Source: a bacterium (GTDB lineage Bacteria > Hinthialibacterota > Hinthialibacteria > Hinthialibacterales > Hinthialibacteraceae). From it: a DNA stretch of 64,000 bases. Position 1 is the first letter of the stretch; the number at the start of each line of letters is the position of its first letter. Below, piece after piece: positions 30,094-40,141 of this stretch. The notes beneath the pieces were generated by a model, which saw only the letters and a list, made by a program, of their open reading frames with translations, did no database searches and was not told the DNA's origin. Made by a program: the position numbers and the translations under genes. Location: the NCBI GenBank assembly GCA_963663405.2, contig CAXXSM010000118.1, positions 96,001 through 160,000 on the forward strand. Direction: 5' to 3'.

Positions 30094-30110
30094 TGCATGA
30101 ATCATGCCAA
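30094..30110 (-). promoter_or_regulatory. Sigma-54 (-24/-12) promoter of the T2SS operon
   Basis: TTGGCATGATTCATGCA gives GG-N10-GC, about 68 bp upstream of ATG 30026. Confidence 0.8.
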
Positions 30111-30208
30111 GTGTGGAACAGCTGGTTTGACGGCAAGGAGGAAGGTAAGCGAAATCAATTCAAGACATTGATGTTTTTCGTTTAATGCTTTAATTATTCG
30201 ATCATCAA

Positions 30209-30232
30209 TGGAGCGCGGGTGTCCCGCCCGTG
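30209..30232. repeat. Short REP-like GC hairpin
   Basis: GGAGCGCGGGTGTCCCGCCCGT contains GCGGG/CCCGC arms; single copy in this window. Confidence 0.4.
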
Positions 30233-30273
30233 TAATTTTGAATATCCATTATACACAACACTCTGAGGGGACC

Positions 30274-30325
30274 TTGCGCATTTTTTTCTCAAAACTCTTG
30301 AATATGTTGCGCAAAAATTGCTCAA
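30274..30325. promoter_or_regulatory. Tandem enhancer-like sites for a sigma-54 activator
   Basis: TTGCGCA-N5-TTCTCAA (30274-30292) and TTGCGCA-N5-TGCTCAA (30307-30325), 33 bp apart. Confidence 0.65.
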
Positions 30326-30378
30326 GGTTAAAAGTCGTAAATCAAGTTACAACGGGAAAATCCAGCTAATCTCATCGC

Positions 30379-31371
30379 TTATAATTTGGGATAACCATTT
30401 GGATTGGCCCGGGCCCATTGCCAGGCGGATTGAATGATGGATCGCAGTTCGGGCTGTTTGGGAATCCACCCCAATCGGCTTCGGGCGCGTTCAGCCGAGG
30501 CGGTTAAACGAGCTGGATCACCAGAACGGCGGGGACATTCTTCGGTGGGGATTGGATGGCCCGTGACCTGCCGGGCGGTTTCTATCACTTCACGGACAGA
30601 ATACCCCTGACCGTTGCCCAAGTTACACGTCAGGCTTTCGTTACGGATGTAATCGAGCGCAAGCAGATGCGCTTCGGCCAAATCACTGACATGAATGTAA
30701 TCCCGCACACAGGATCCATCGGGCGTATCATAATCGGTTCCGAAAATAGCGATGCTGTCCCGCTTCCCCAAGGCGGCTTGCAGGATAATGGGGATCAAGT
30801 GGGTTTCAGGATGATGGTCTTCCCCGTTCATTTCCGTAGCGCCGGCGGCATTAAAATAGCGTAACGCGGCGTAGTGGATGCCATACGCCTCCTCAAAACT
30901 CTTCAGTAAATATTCAAACGCCAGTTTGGAACGTCCATACGGATTGACCGGCTCGGTTCGTGTGTCTTCTTGAATGGGAACTTCTTCTGGGTTGCCATAA
31001 ACGGCGGCGGTGGATGAAAAGACGATTCGATTCACATCCCATTTTCGCATAGCGTTGAGTAGATTCCGTCCACCTTCTAGATTGTTCTCGAAATATTTAT
31101 CCGGATCCTGCATCGATTCCCCCACAAGGCTGTAGGCGCCAAAGTGCATGACGGCGTCAATCGTATGACGCTGAAACACGTTTTCAATCGCTTCCGCGTT
31201 ACGGATATCGCATTCCTCGATCACTGCGCTGGGATGAACCGCCGCCCGATGCCCTTTCTCAAAATTATCGGCGACGATGACATGGGCTCCACGCTCGATC
31301 AGCGCGGCGGTATTGACGCTGCCAATATATCCTGCCCCTCCAACAAGCAGAACCGTTTCTTTTTGATTCAA
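30379..31371 (-). CDS. galE: UDP-glucose 4-epimerase
   Basis: GGAGYIGS; FSSTAAVYG; PYGRSK; LRYFNAAGA; ETHLIP; RDYIHV. Confidence 0.95.
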   Translation of the reverse strand: MNQKETVLLVGGAGYIGSVNTAALIERGAHVIVADNFEKGHRAAVHPSAVIEECDIRNAEAIENVFQRHTIDAVMHFGAYSLVGESMQDPDKYFENNLEGGRNLLNAMRKWDVNRIVFSSTAAVYGNPEEVPIQEDTRTEPVNPYGRSKLAFEYLLKSFEEAYGIHYAALRYFNAAGATEMNGEDHHPETHLIPIILQAALGKRDSIAIFGTDYDTPDGSCVRDYIHVSDLAEAHLLALDYIRNESLTCNLGNGQGYSVREVIETARQVTGHPIPTEECPRRSGDPARLTASAERARSRLGWIPKQPELRSIIQSAWQWARANPNGYPKL

Positions 31372-31673
31372 AATAACGCTCCTTGATTTATGTTGTTTGT
31401 ATCCTTGATTTCCTGTGAGTATAATGGCCGCAGAAGGCGATTGGATACGATTGGATTGTATATTCGATTATACACAAATCAGCGAGAATCGTAATCTGAA
31501 GCCGATTTCAAAAAGTCGATTCAATCAAAATATAAGATGAATAAACCGTCATGTTCAATTTACAAAATACTAACGTTTCCCATATAAAAAGGAGAAGATT
31601 TGATTGACCGATATGTGGTATAATGGGCTCGCGAATTAATCTATCCAATCGAGAATTCACGGAGATTCATATT

Positions 31674-32309
31674 ATGAAATTCGGATTGTTTCACCATAGT
31701 CGATCCATAACCGATTCTGCGTTCACATTAATTGAATTATTAATCGTCGTCGCGATCATTGGCATTCTCGCGGCGATCGCCGTACCCAATTTTCTCAACG
31801 CGCAGATCCGAGCAAAAGTCGCTCGTTGTTTAGGGGATCTACGCTCCATTCAAACAGCGCTGGAGATGTACCGCACGGACAACAACGTCTACATGATGGG
31901 TCCCGCGGGATTAAACGAAACAATCGGAAGCAATTTTGAAGGTGACCGCGTATGGCGGCAGCTGACTACCCCCATCGCATACCTTCCCTCTTTTCTGCGC
32001 GATCCATTCAGCCCAACGGATATAGAGAACAATCCCGGCGCGGCGGACCGGTTTTTTCCTCTCCGGCTCTATCAATACCGCAACATCCGGGAAGATCTAA
32101 AATATGGCTACCAGGATGATCCAGATCCAAGAGGAGAATGGGTCTCCCGCACATGCGGCCCCGATGGATGGTTCATTTCCTCACCGTCCCGTCTGTACAG
32201 GGATATGGCGTATTCCTCATCCAATGGTGTGCTGAGCGTAGGAGATATCATTGTATCCAATTTAGGGATTCTGGGAGAATCGTACCAAGGGAGAGATGGA
32301 ACTCTATAA
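31674..32309 (+). CDS. Orphan prepilin/pseudopilin-type protein
   Basis: AFTLIELLIVVAIIGILAAIAVPNF; ALEMYRTDNN; LTTPIAY; DPF; GPDG; SNG..S.GDI. Confidence 0.85.
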   Translation: MKFGLFHHSRSITDSAFTLIELLIVVAIIGILAAIAVPNFLNAQIRAKVARCLGDLRSIQTALEMYRTDNNVYMMGPAGLNETIGSNFEGDRVWRQLTTPIAYLPSFLRDPFSPTDIENNPGAADRFFPLRLYQYRNIREDLKYGYQDDPDPRGEWVSRTCGPDGWFISSPSRLYRDMAYSSSNGVLSVGDIIVSNLGILGESYQGRDGTL

Positions 32310-32450
32310 GTGTTTACACTGATAAATGATAACTAACGGTATAAAAGATCAACAGAATCGAATAGACTCTATTATTCATGGGGATCAACGTATAGAAAAC
32401 ACCATGCGTCATACAATTAATCAGCAAAGAGTAGAAAGAAGGAAAAGCGA

Positions 32451-33668
32451 ATGGACAAAACAGTTTCACGCCGGCAAGCGTTAAAAACCATGAGCCTTTG
32501 CGCAATGAGCGCAGCGGTTCCACAATGGAGTTGGGGACAAGACATGGGAAAGAAGGAATTCTTCGTATTTTTTGGAACGTACACTTCGGGGGAGAGTGAA
32601 GGAATTTATGTCTACCGTATGGACACAACCTCTGGCGCGCTGCAATATGTGACAAAAGCGGCGGGTGTTGTCAATCCATCGTATTTGGCGATCAGCGGCT
32701 GTCACCGTTACCTTTATGCAGTAAATGAAATCTCACGGTTTGAAGGCCAATCAAGCGGAGCGGTCAGCGCCTTTTCCATTGATCAAAAAACTGGAGAACT
32801 TACCTTTTTAAATCAGCAACCTTCACACGGCGCGTCTCCTTGTTATGTGACCGTTGATCGTACAAACAAATGGGTGTTAATCGCAAATTACACAGGAGGG
32901 AATGTCTGTGCGCTGCCGATCGAGGAGGGGGGACGGCTAGGCGCCGCATCAGATATCGTTCAACACCAGGGAAAAAGCGTCAACCGGAGAAGGCAGAATG
33001 AACCGCATGCCCACTGCATCATCCTTGATTCCACAAACCGGTATGCGTTCGCCGCCGATCTGGGAATTGATAAGATCATGATTTATCAATTTGACGTGGA
33101 AACCGGTAAACTGAAGCCGAACGATCCTCCCTTCGCACAGATTCAAGCAGGGGCGGGACCACGCCATTTCACGTTTCATCCCACTGGCCCATACGCGTTC
33201 TCCATCCAAGAGATCAATTCAACCATCACGTCGTTCCAGTACGATCAAACCAAAGGTTCCCTGAATGAAATCCAGACGCTTTCCACGCTGCCGGAGGATT
33301 ACACAGGGGAAACGTATTGCGCGGACATTCATGTCTCCCCCTGCGGGCAATACCTCTATGGCTCCAACCGGGGACACGACAGTATTGCGATCTTCAAGAT
33401 CGATACCGACACTGGAAAATTAACGCCATTGGGTCATGAATCCACCCAAGGTGAAACACCCAGGAATTTCGCGATCGATCCAACAGGAACGTACCTACTC
33501 GCCGCGAATCAAAAAAGCAATACGATTGTCTCATTTAAAATCGATAAAGAGACCGGACAACTGACCGCCACCGGAGATGTGACCAACGTTCCAACGCCTG
33601 TTTGTATCAAGTTTATGCCGCTTTCAGAAAAATCAATCAGTTCATTCTATCTTGGAGCCAAGATTTAG
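32451..33668 (+). CDS. pgl: 6-phosphogluconolactonase-family beta-propeller, Tat signal
   Basis: SRRQAL; GTYT; NPSYL; ANYTGG; PHAH; GAGPRH; SNRGHDSI; PRNF. Confidence 0.88.
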   Translation: MDKTVSRRQALKTMSLCAMSAAVPQWSWGQDMGKKEFFVFFGTYTSGESEGIYVYRMDTTSGALQYVTKAAGVVNPSYLAISGCHRYLYAVNEISRFEGQSSGAVSAFSIDQKTGELTFLNQQPSHGASPCYVTVDRTNKWVLIANYTGGNVCALPIEEGGRLGAASDIVQHQGKSVNRRRQNEPHAHCIILDSTNRYAFAADLGIDKIMIYQFDVETGKLKPNDPPFAQIQAGAGPRHFTFHPTGPYAFSIQEINSTITSFQYDQTKGSLNEIQTLSTLPEDYTGETYCADIHVSPCGQYLYGSNRGHDSIAIFKIDTDTGKLTPLGHESTQGETPRNFAIDPTGTYLLAANQKSNTIVSFKIDKETGQLTATGDVTNVPTPVCIKFMPLSEKSISSFYLGAKI

Positions 33669-33813
33669 GCTGAAAAAGCGCATATTTGTTATTTTAATCC
33701 ATTGAAGCCGTCTTGATGAACCACTTTAAGAGGATTAACAACCCTTGTAGTTATGTATTGATTGTGATGAGAATTATTTTGAATGCAACGCAAACAAGGG
33801 TTAAAATGAAAAT

Positions 33814-34089
33814 ATGATTCAATCATTTCGGTGTAAAGAAACAGAAAAAATATGGAACGGTTTATACTCATCAAAGTTACCAAGCGACATTCAGAATCGA
33901 GCCTTACGTAAATTGCGTCAGATTGACGCTGCACAAAACCTTAATGATCTACGTATACCACCGGGAAATCATTTAGAATTATTAAAAAGTGAAGAATCAA
34001 TGAGTATACGAATCAACAACCAATGGCGCATATGTTTTGTCTGGAAAGAAACAGACGCTTACAATGTCGAGATTGTAGATTATCACTAA
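33814..34089 (+). CDS. higB: HigB (RelE-like) toxin
   Basis: MIQSFRCKETEK; DLRIPPGNHLE; SIRINNQWRICF; EIVDYH. Confidence 0.92.
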   Translation: MIQSFRCKETEKIWNGLYSSKLPSDIQNRALRKLRQIDAAQNLNDLRIPPGNHLELLKSEESMSIRINNQWRICFVWKETDAYNVEIVDYH

Positions 34090-34100
34090 AAGAGGTTCTT

Positions 34101-34400
34101 ATGAATAATTTTTTAAAGAATCCACATCCAGGTGAAATATTGCTAAGAGATTTCCTAGAGCCTTTGGGTATGTCTCAAAGCGCCCTGGCAAAAGAAATCG
34201 GGATCCCTGCAAACAGGGTGGATGAGATTGTTCAGGCCCGGCGTAATATTACAGCGGATACTGATTTACGCCTATCACGTTTTTTTGGATTGACTGATGG
34301 TTACTGGCTGCGGCTTCAAAACGCCTATGATATTATGGAAGCGCGCCGCATATCTGGTGATGAGATCCAGAATATTAAAACTCGAAAAGTGTGTGTTTAG
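34101..34400 (+). CDS. higA: HigA antitoxin (XRE HTH)
   Basis: HPGEIL..DFLEPLGMSQ..LA; ITADTDLRLSRFFG; WLRLQNAYD. Confidence 0.92.
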   Translation: MNNFLKNPHPGEILLRDFLEPLGMSQSALAKEIGIPANRVDEIVQARRNITADTDLRLSRFFGLTDGYWLRLQNAYDIMEARRISGDEIQNIKTRKVCV

Positions 34401-34563
34401 AGTATAAAACACCTTCCCGAGTTCTTTGATATAAAGGTCTTAATCGTCAAAATAGCGCCGCATTGGAATCAATCTGTATACAAGACTCTTCTCCAATTAT
34501 AAGTGTGGGGGCAACTGATCAGGATGTATAATAAGGCGGCGCTAAATCGACACGATTTTTTAA

Positions 34564-34947
34564 TCATATTTGCTGCCGGTTTATATCAGTTTTTTGAACC
34601 TCAAGGCGCTTGCGTACTTGTTCGATAGAATCCGAAACACGGGCCTTGGTTTTGGCGATTTCATGCTCGATGTTCATTTCCTGCCCGAAAACTGCACCGA
34701 TGATAATATATTCATCAAAGCGGTTATAAACGGCAAAATGATTTTTCCCGGCTGGCTGCATGCTGAAAGGATTAGATCGCTCGGTGCGGGCATCGTCTCG
34801 GTTTGGGGTATCAGCAGCCTTTTGAAAGCCCTTATAAATATCCGCCATATATTTTTTGGTGTTGGCTTCACCAAAATTTTCAAGTGATCTTTTTTCGATT
34901 TTCTCAAGCTGACTATACGCTTCGTTGGTGAGCAGATATTTTGCCAT
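34564..34947 (-). CDS. ParE/RelE-family toxin
   Basis: MAKYLLTNEA..QL..I...S...FGE..T.KY; H..VY; follows an RHH antitoxin. Confidence 0.7.
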   Translation of the reverse strand: MAKYLLTNEAYSQLEKIEKRSLENFGEANTKKYMADIYKGFQKAADTPNRDDARTERSNPFSMQPAGKNHFAVYNRFDEYIIIGAVFGQEMNIEHEIAKTKARVSDSIEQVRKRLEVQKTDINRQQI

Positions 34948-34948
34948 T

Positions 34949-35224
34949 TTATTTCCAGCCGTTCTTGCGTTTTTCCTCGAACAGTTTTCTATCTTCGTAA
35001 AAATCGCCGGTGGATTCAATAACACGCCCATTTACAATATCATCATGGCTGCGCAAGATGCTTTCTGTCATTTGATCGGCTATCGAAGGATTGGTGAGCA
35101 TATCATGCCGGATCAGGTCGCGCACATATTCACTTTGATTGCTGTATAGGCCCTGATTTATAACACTTTCTACATGGTCAAGCATAGCGCCCTCAATGCG
35201 GACATTTAAGCGGGTTTCAGACAT
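34949..35224 (-). CDS. ParD-like ribbon-helix-helix antitoxin
   Basis: LNVRI...V..GLYSNQSEYVRDLIRHD. Confidence 0.8.
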   Translation of the reverse strand: MSETRLNVRIEGAMLDHVESVINQGLYSNQSEYVRDLIRHDMLTNPSIADQMTESILRSHDDIVNGRVIESTGDFYEDRKLFEEKRKNGWK

Positions 35225-35349
35225 GATAAAACTCCTTTTTAGGTTAAACTTCATATTTATAATTGTAAGTCATGTCTCCAAAAATATCAATAAGAATGTT
35301 GTTTTGTCTGACAACAGGCCGCACAGCGCCTCATGCTTTTATATACTCT

Positions 35350-35623
35350 CATATCCTGGCGAAATATTGTTTAAAGAATTTTGAGCTTGGGTATGTCTCA
35401 AAGCGCCTTGGCAAAAGAAATCGGGATCCCTGCAAACAGGGTGGATGAGATTGTTCAGGCCCGGCGTAATATTACAGCGGATACTGATTTACGCCTATCA
35501 CGTTTTTTTGGATTAACTGATGGTTACTGGCTGCGGCTTCAAAACGCCTATGATATTATGGAAGCGCGCCGCAAATCTGGTGATGAGATCCAGAATATTA
35601 AAACTCGGAAGATGTGTGTTTAG
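35350..35623 (+). pseudogene. higA: Second higA copy with damaged 5' end
   Basis: 35387-35627 is near-identical to 34164-34404; upstream YPGEILFKEF is out of frame; no higB partner. Confidence 0.8.
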
Positions 35624-35720
35624 AGTAAAAAAACACCGTTCCGAGTTCTTTCTATGAAGGTTTTTATCGACAAAATAGCGATGGGTTGGAATTACAAGAC
35701 TCTTTTCTTCACTTAATCAC

Positions 35721-37004
35721 TCAAAGATACCACTCTCCTCTACCCGGTCGAAAGAGCATACGGTTCGCCTCATCATCATTCTTGACGATTTCTTTTACAG
35801 GATCCCATTCGAGTTTCCGGCCGAGGATATATGAAATATTCCCCAAAATGCAGAGATTCGCGACGCGAACGCCCGCTTCGATATGCATAAGCGGTTTCTC
35901 ACGGGTTCGAATACAATCCAGCCAATTCTGGAAGTGACCTGGACTTTTAAAGACTTCTACGCCACCACCGGGAACTTGGTATTTCATCGCCTTCTCTTCA
36001 GTTCCACATCCTCCATCCCCGCCGGTGACGATGAGGGTGTCTTTGTCACCCCAGTATTTCGCGCCGAAAGGCGCGTCGAGGAGTTTCTCTCCCGGCTGGG
36101 TCCAAGTCATTGTCCAATCAGGATCTTTAAACTCATATATCACGTTCATCGTACAAGGACAATCCCAGACTCCTTTGTATGGCGGCTCACCAGTAGCTTC
36201 TACGCTGACAGGGCCTGTGTGATCCGCGTTCATCAACCACAACGCGACGCTCATCACGTGGGCGCCCCGGTCACGGATCTGACCGCCTCCAAAATCCAGA
36301 AGCCAGCGAAAATTAAAATGAACTTTTTGCGAATTATACGGCATAGAACGAGCCGGTCCGAGCCACTTATCCCAATCCAGGCTAGGCGGGGAAGTGGAGT
36401 TTGGAGTAGTTCCATCGTCTTTCGGATTCTCATAATGCCAGCACGTCACTTTACGAATGGTTCCAAGATTCCCGTTCCGGATATATTGACAGGCGTGATA
36501 AGCGGCGTCGGTCGACCGGCCTTGAGATCCCACTTGAACCACGCGTGCATACAGATTCGCGGCTTCGACCATCGCCTGCCCTTCTTCGATGGTTTTACAC
36601 GCTGGTTTTTCGACATACACATCCTTTCCGGCTTCACAGGCGTGGACCGTCATGATTCCATGCCAATGATCGGGCGTGCCGATAGTCACCGCGTCGATAT
36701 CCTTTCGATCGAGTAGATCGCGGTAATCTTTATAGAGTCCGGGATTTCCCCGCACACGCTCCGCCGCTCGTTTGAGATGATCATCATCCACATCACAGAT
36801 CGCGGCGGTCATGCCAGGACGGAGAAAAGCGCTTCCCCTCCCTCCTACACCGATATTGCCAAGGACAATTTGATCACTCGGCGCCGCCTCATCCTGCCGG
36901 CCGAGAACACGGCTGGGAACAAACTGAAACGCGGCCACACCTCCCGCCGCCGCCGTGGTCCGCGCGAGAAAAACGCGTCTGGTTGTTTTTCGCTGAATCG
37001 TCAT
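35721..37004 (-). CDS. Gfo/Idh/MocA oxidoreductase, Tat-exported
   Basis: TRRVFL; IGVGGRG; TPDHWH; YVEKP; QVGSQGRS; WDKWLGPA. Confidence 0.9.
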   Translation of the reverse strand: MTIQRKTTRRVFLARTTAAAGGVAAFQFVPSRVLGRQDEAAPSDQIVLGNIGVGGRGSAFLRPGMTAAICDVDDDHLKRAAERVRGNPGLYKDYRDLLDRKDIDAVTIGTPDHWHGIMTVHACEAGKDVYVEKPACKTIEEGQAMVEAANLYARVVQVGSQGRSTDAAYHACQYIRNGNLGTIRKVTCWHYENPKDDGTTPNSTSPPSLDWDKWLGPARSMPYNSQKVHFNFRWLLDFGGGQIRDRGAHVMSVALWLMNADHTGPVSVEATGEPPYKGVWDCPCTMNVIYEFKDPDWTMTWTQPGEKLLDAPFGAKYWGDKDTLIVTGGDGGCGTEEKAMKYQVPGGGVEVFKSPGHFQNWLDCIRTREKPLMHIEAGVRVANLCILGNISYILGRKLEWDPVKEIVKNDDEANRMLFRPGRGEWYL

Positions 37005-37276
37005 GCGGATAGTCTCCAATCTATTGAATTCCGTAAAAAACGGAGGTCATAAGCACTGATTCATAGTACACGATTTTGAGTAGGTGATCGAGACTTGTTT
37101 CCAGGAAAAAAGAAATCAGTTCTTTTTTATATGAAAATGAGTCTTGATGATTTCCTCATTCGAGTTTTTTATCCCGACTCATTTTCATTTGCACGTTGTG
37201 ATCTCAAATCACAATGGTTTTTCTGAATCCGTTATACGATTGCATTTGATAAAAAAAGCGCCTGCGTCACTTTCGC

Positions 37277-37305
37277 TTGCAACCAGAAAAAAAAGGCGGT
37301 ATAAT
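37277..37305 (+). promoter_or_regulatory. Sigma-70-type promoter
   Basis: TTGCAA-N17-TATAAT, 35 bp upstream of ATG 37340. Confidence 0.65.
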
Positions 37306-37339
37306 AAACAATAATAAATCGAAATGGTGAGGTTAGATT

Positions 37340-37774
37340 ATGGTATCCGGTCCCGTTCCTCCAACCTACACACAACCGGTCGCGGCGCCACAAGCCCCTG
37401 CGATTCAACCAGCGCCACAGCAACAACCAGCGCCTCCTCAGCAGACCCCCCCCCCGCCGCAAACAGAAACGATGGCGATTGAGCAGACAAACGGGATGGA
37501 CCGCGCGCAGTTCAGTCAACAAGCGGTCAGCGCGGCGAACAATCGTCCTCAACAGGCTGCTTTAGGCCAATTACGCCCGACAACAACCGCAGGGAACATT
37601 GGCGGACCGTCCTCCCCCACGGCGCCTGGCGTACGTCCTAATGTACAAGGCGGTCCTGAAGCGGTATCAATGAACATAGATACCCCAGCGGCGCCAGCCC
37701 GGAACCAGGGGATCACTCCTCTTTCGCCAACAGAAGATTTGGCTCCGGGTCAACGAATCGATCTTACTGCGTAA
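37340..37774 (+). CDS. Pro/Gln/Ala-rich hypothetical protein ending GQRIDLTA
   Basis: GAGG RBS, promoter, 144-aa low-complexity ORF. Confidence 0.7.
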   Translation: MVSGPVPPTYTQPVAAPQAPAIQPAPQQQPAPPQQTPPPPQTETMAIEQTNGMDRAQFSQQAVSAANNRPQQAALGQLRPTTTAGNIGGPSSPTAPGVRPNVQGGPEAVSMNIDTPAAPARNQGITPLSPTEDLAPGQRIDLTA

Positions 37775-38429
37775 AAGTCCTCCCATGGATTCCCTGCCAA
37801 TCAAATACAGATCGTTTTTTATTTCTTTTGGTATTGTTGTTACGATTTAAAGTAGTATAATGATATCACATTTCGCGTCGTAAAAAAAGAATATCCGTCA
37901 CGCGAAACTTTATCACCATATCTATATGCATCTTTTAGTGATAAACATTCAATCTACTTTACATTTTACTTATTTATATGTCCATTGAAGAATCGATTAA
38001 TAAAAGATAAACGAATAAAAAGATATAGTTGGTTTTTAAAATTCCTCTTTATTAAAATCATATATTGACGTATAATTAATAATGTATAGAGGATCATTTA
38101 TGTAATATAAATTGTTTATTCGTAATATCAACAGGATGATTACTGATCCAAATCAGGATTGATAATCAATCCATTGATTTGGATTATACAAACGTATTCT
38201 TTCTTTACAAAAGATTATATAACCTGAGTGAATAGGATTTTAATTAGAGTGTAATTTGCAGAAATGATCAATCGTCAGCTGAATCATGGAAACCGGTTAC
38301 AATGAAAGCGGCCATCCTTGTTCAAGGGCGCGACACTCCCCTTTCCTCGATTGATTCGGCTATTATTTTAATAGCGAAACCGCTGATTATTAGGTTTGGT
38401 TTTATGATCATCGCATCATAATATTCTTA

Positions 38430-39104
38430 TTGAATGACAATACTAAAATTATGATTGCTACTTACGATATCAAAGGAATCATTCTCGCAAGTGAATCCCC
38501 CCGCCGGAAACGTTTGCTGGAAAAGATGAATGTCTCGTTCGAAATCATTCCAAGCGGGATTGATGAAATCCAGGTAATGGATGATCTCCCAAACACCTAC
38601 GCAGCGCGGATGGCCTTGCAGAAAGCGTCCAAGGTCGCGGAACAGCGTCCAGACCACTTGGTCATCGGTTCAGATACAGTTGTGGCGATCGAGGACCGGA
38701 TACTTGAGAAACCGAATAACGAAAGAGAAGCGTTTCTTATGCTCAATTTACTATCCGGTCAATGGCACGATGTCTGGACGGGACTCTGCGTCATCTGCCG
38801 AAAATACAATATTGAGATTCTTGAAACCGTGCGATCATCCGTTCTTTTCCGCGATCTGCGAAAAAAGGAGATCGAAACGTATATAAAAACCGGCGAACCG
38901 ATGGATAAAGCCGGTTCTTATGGCATTCAAGGGAAAGCTAGATTTTTCGTGAGAGCGGTTAAAGGATCCTATGACAACATCGTCGGCCTGCCGACGTTTG
39001 AATTGGGCAAGATTTTTTATGAACTGGGAATTGGAGATGGAATTGTCGATCAAAACAAGGTCCAGTCGATCGTCCCATTTAATTCTGCTCCGCAAAACCG
39101 TTGA
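38430..39104 (+). CDS. maf: Maf-family nucleoside triphosphate pyrophosphatase
   Basis: IILASESPRRK; VIGSDTVV; LEKP; DKAGSYGIQG; NIVGLP. Confidence 0.93.
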   Translation: MNDNTKIMIATYDIKGIILASESPRRKRLLEKMNVSFEIIPSGIDEIQVMDDLPNTYAARMALQKASKVAEQRPDHLVIGSDTVVAIEDRILEKPNNEREAFLMLNLLSGQWHDVWTGLCVICRKYNIEILETVRSSVLFRDLRKKEIETYIKTGEPMDKAGSYGIQGKARFFVRAVKGSYDNIVGLPTFELGKIFYELGIGDGIVDQNKVQSIVPFNSAPQNR

Positions 39105-39523
39105 TTCCCCTTCAAAAGAATATAGTTTGATACACCTGTCGAAATCACAAGTAACTATCCCAAAACCATGAGTGATTAAATACCGATCTTCATGATCCAT
39201 TCAAACAAGCCTGGATTACGATAGATCTATATTACGACATCGCAAACAGAACCGTCGAAGGGATCATCCAAGGGGAAGGAATCACGATCGGATGATAGAA
39301 TTTCTTTTGTTTTCATTATTTCGCTATCCCGTGAAGAACAAACAGCTGGATTTTTCCAAGTTCGCAGTCACAATAATAATAGACGCGGCGGTAGAAATGT
39401 TCTTGGAAGACATCATTTCAAGGAACCTTGATCGGCGCCCTTTCTTGGGGAGGAGAATTCACGTTTCGACTATCAGTCGTTTCGTGATACAAGGCTCATA
39501 CGCCATAGGGTAAACCGTTTATC

Positions 39524-39919
39524 ATGATTGAAATGGAATTTTGTGAATTACGATTGGACGAAACCGGGGCGGATCAGATTGTGATCCTCAAAGAGAAAGA
39601 CGGCGCGCGCATGATGCCCATTATGATTGGGTATTACGAAGCCCATTCGATCCATTTGGCATTGAATGAAATCAAAATTCAACGGCCCCTCACCCACGAT
39701 CTAACGACTCAGATTATTCAATCTCTCGGCGCTAAAATGGAACGGGTGGTGATTAACGATCTGCGAGATTCCACCTTTTTCGCCCGGATTTATTTTGAGA
39801 CCGATTCTGGAATCGTAGACGTCGATTCGCGTCCCAGCGACGCGATCGCTCTCGCAGTAAGGAATGGCGCGTCCATCTACGTCGAACCGGAAGTGCTCGA
39901 ACAAGTCGCGCGGGAATAA
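39524..39919 (+). CDS. Bifunctional nuclease family protein (DUF151)
   Basis: PIMIG..EA; RPLTHDL; DSRPSDAIALA. Confidence 0.92.
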   Translation: MIEMEFCELRLDETGADQIVILKEKDGARMMPIMIGYYEAHSIHLALNEIKIQRPLTHDLTTQIIQSLGAKMERVVINDLRDSTFFARIYFETDSGIVDVDSRPSDAIALAVRNGASIYVEPEVLEQVARE

Positions 39920-40141
39920 CGCCTTTTACACAATTTACGATTTTCCACGCTCAAAATCAACAATTCTCAGCCGCATTTCCCAACTCTATCGCCATTCCCT
40001 CAATTCATGTGATTTCAAGTTTTTTCTTTTTTTTCTTGCAATCACGCCGGGATGAAATAAACTTCTAATTAGTGAATGAAAAAAATAGGAGGCCGTGGAC
40101 TTATTACTACATCGCTTTGGTAGAAAGGATGTGTTGCTTTC

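Noticed and set aside
35883-36716. 277-aa antisense ORF and the many similar overlapping ORFs in the track
   Set aside because: They lie opposite or inside confidently identified genes and show no recognisable motifs
39105-39523. Small gene or ncRNA between maf and DUF151
   Set aside because: The 73-aa ORF has no motif, and no convincing stable structure was found by eye
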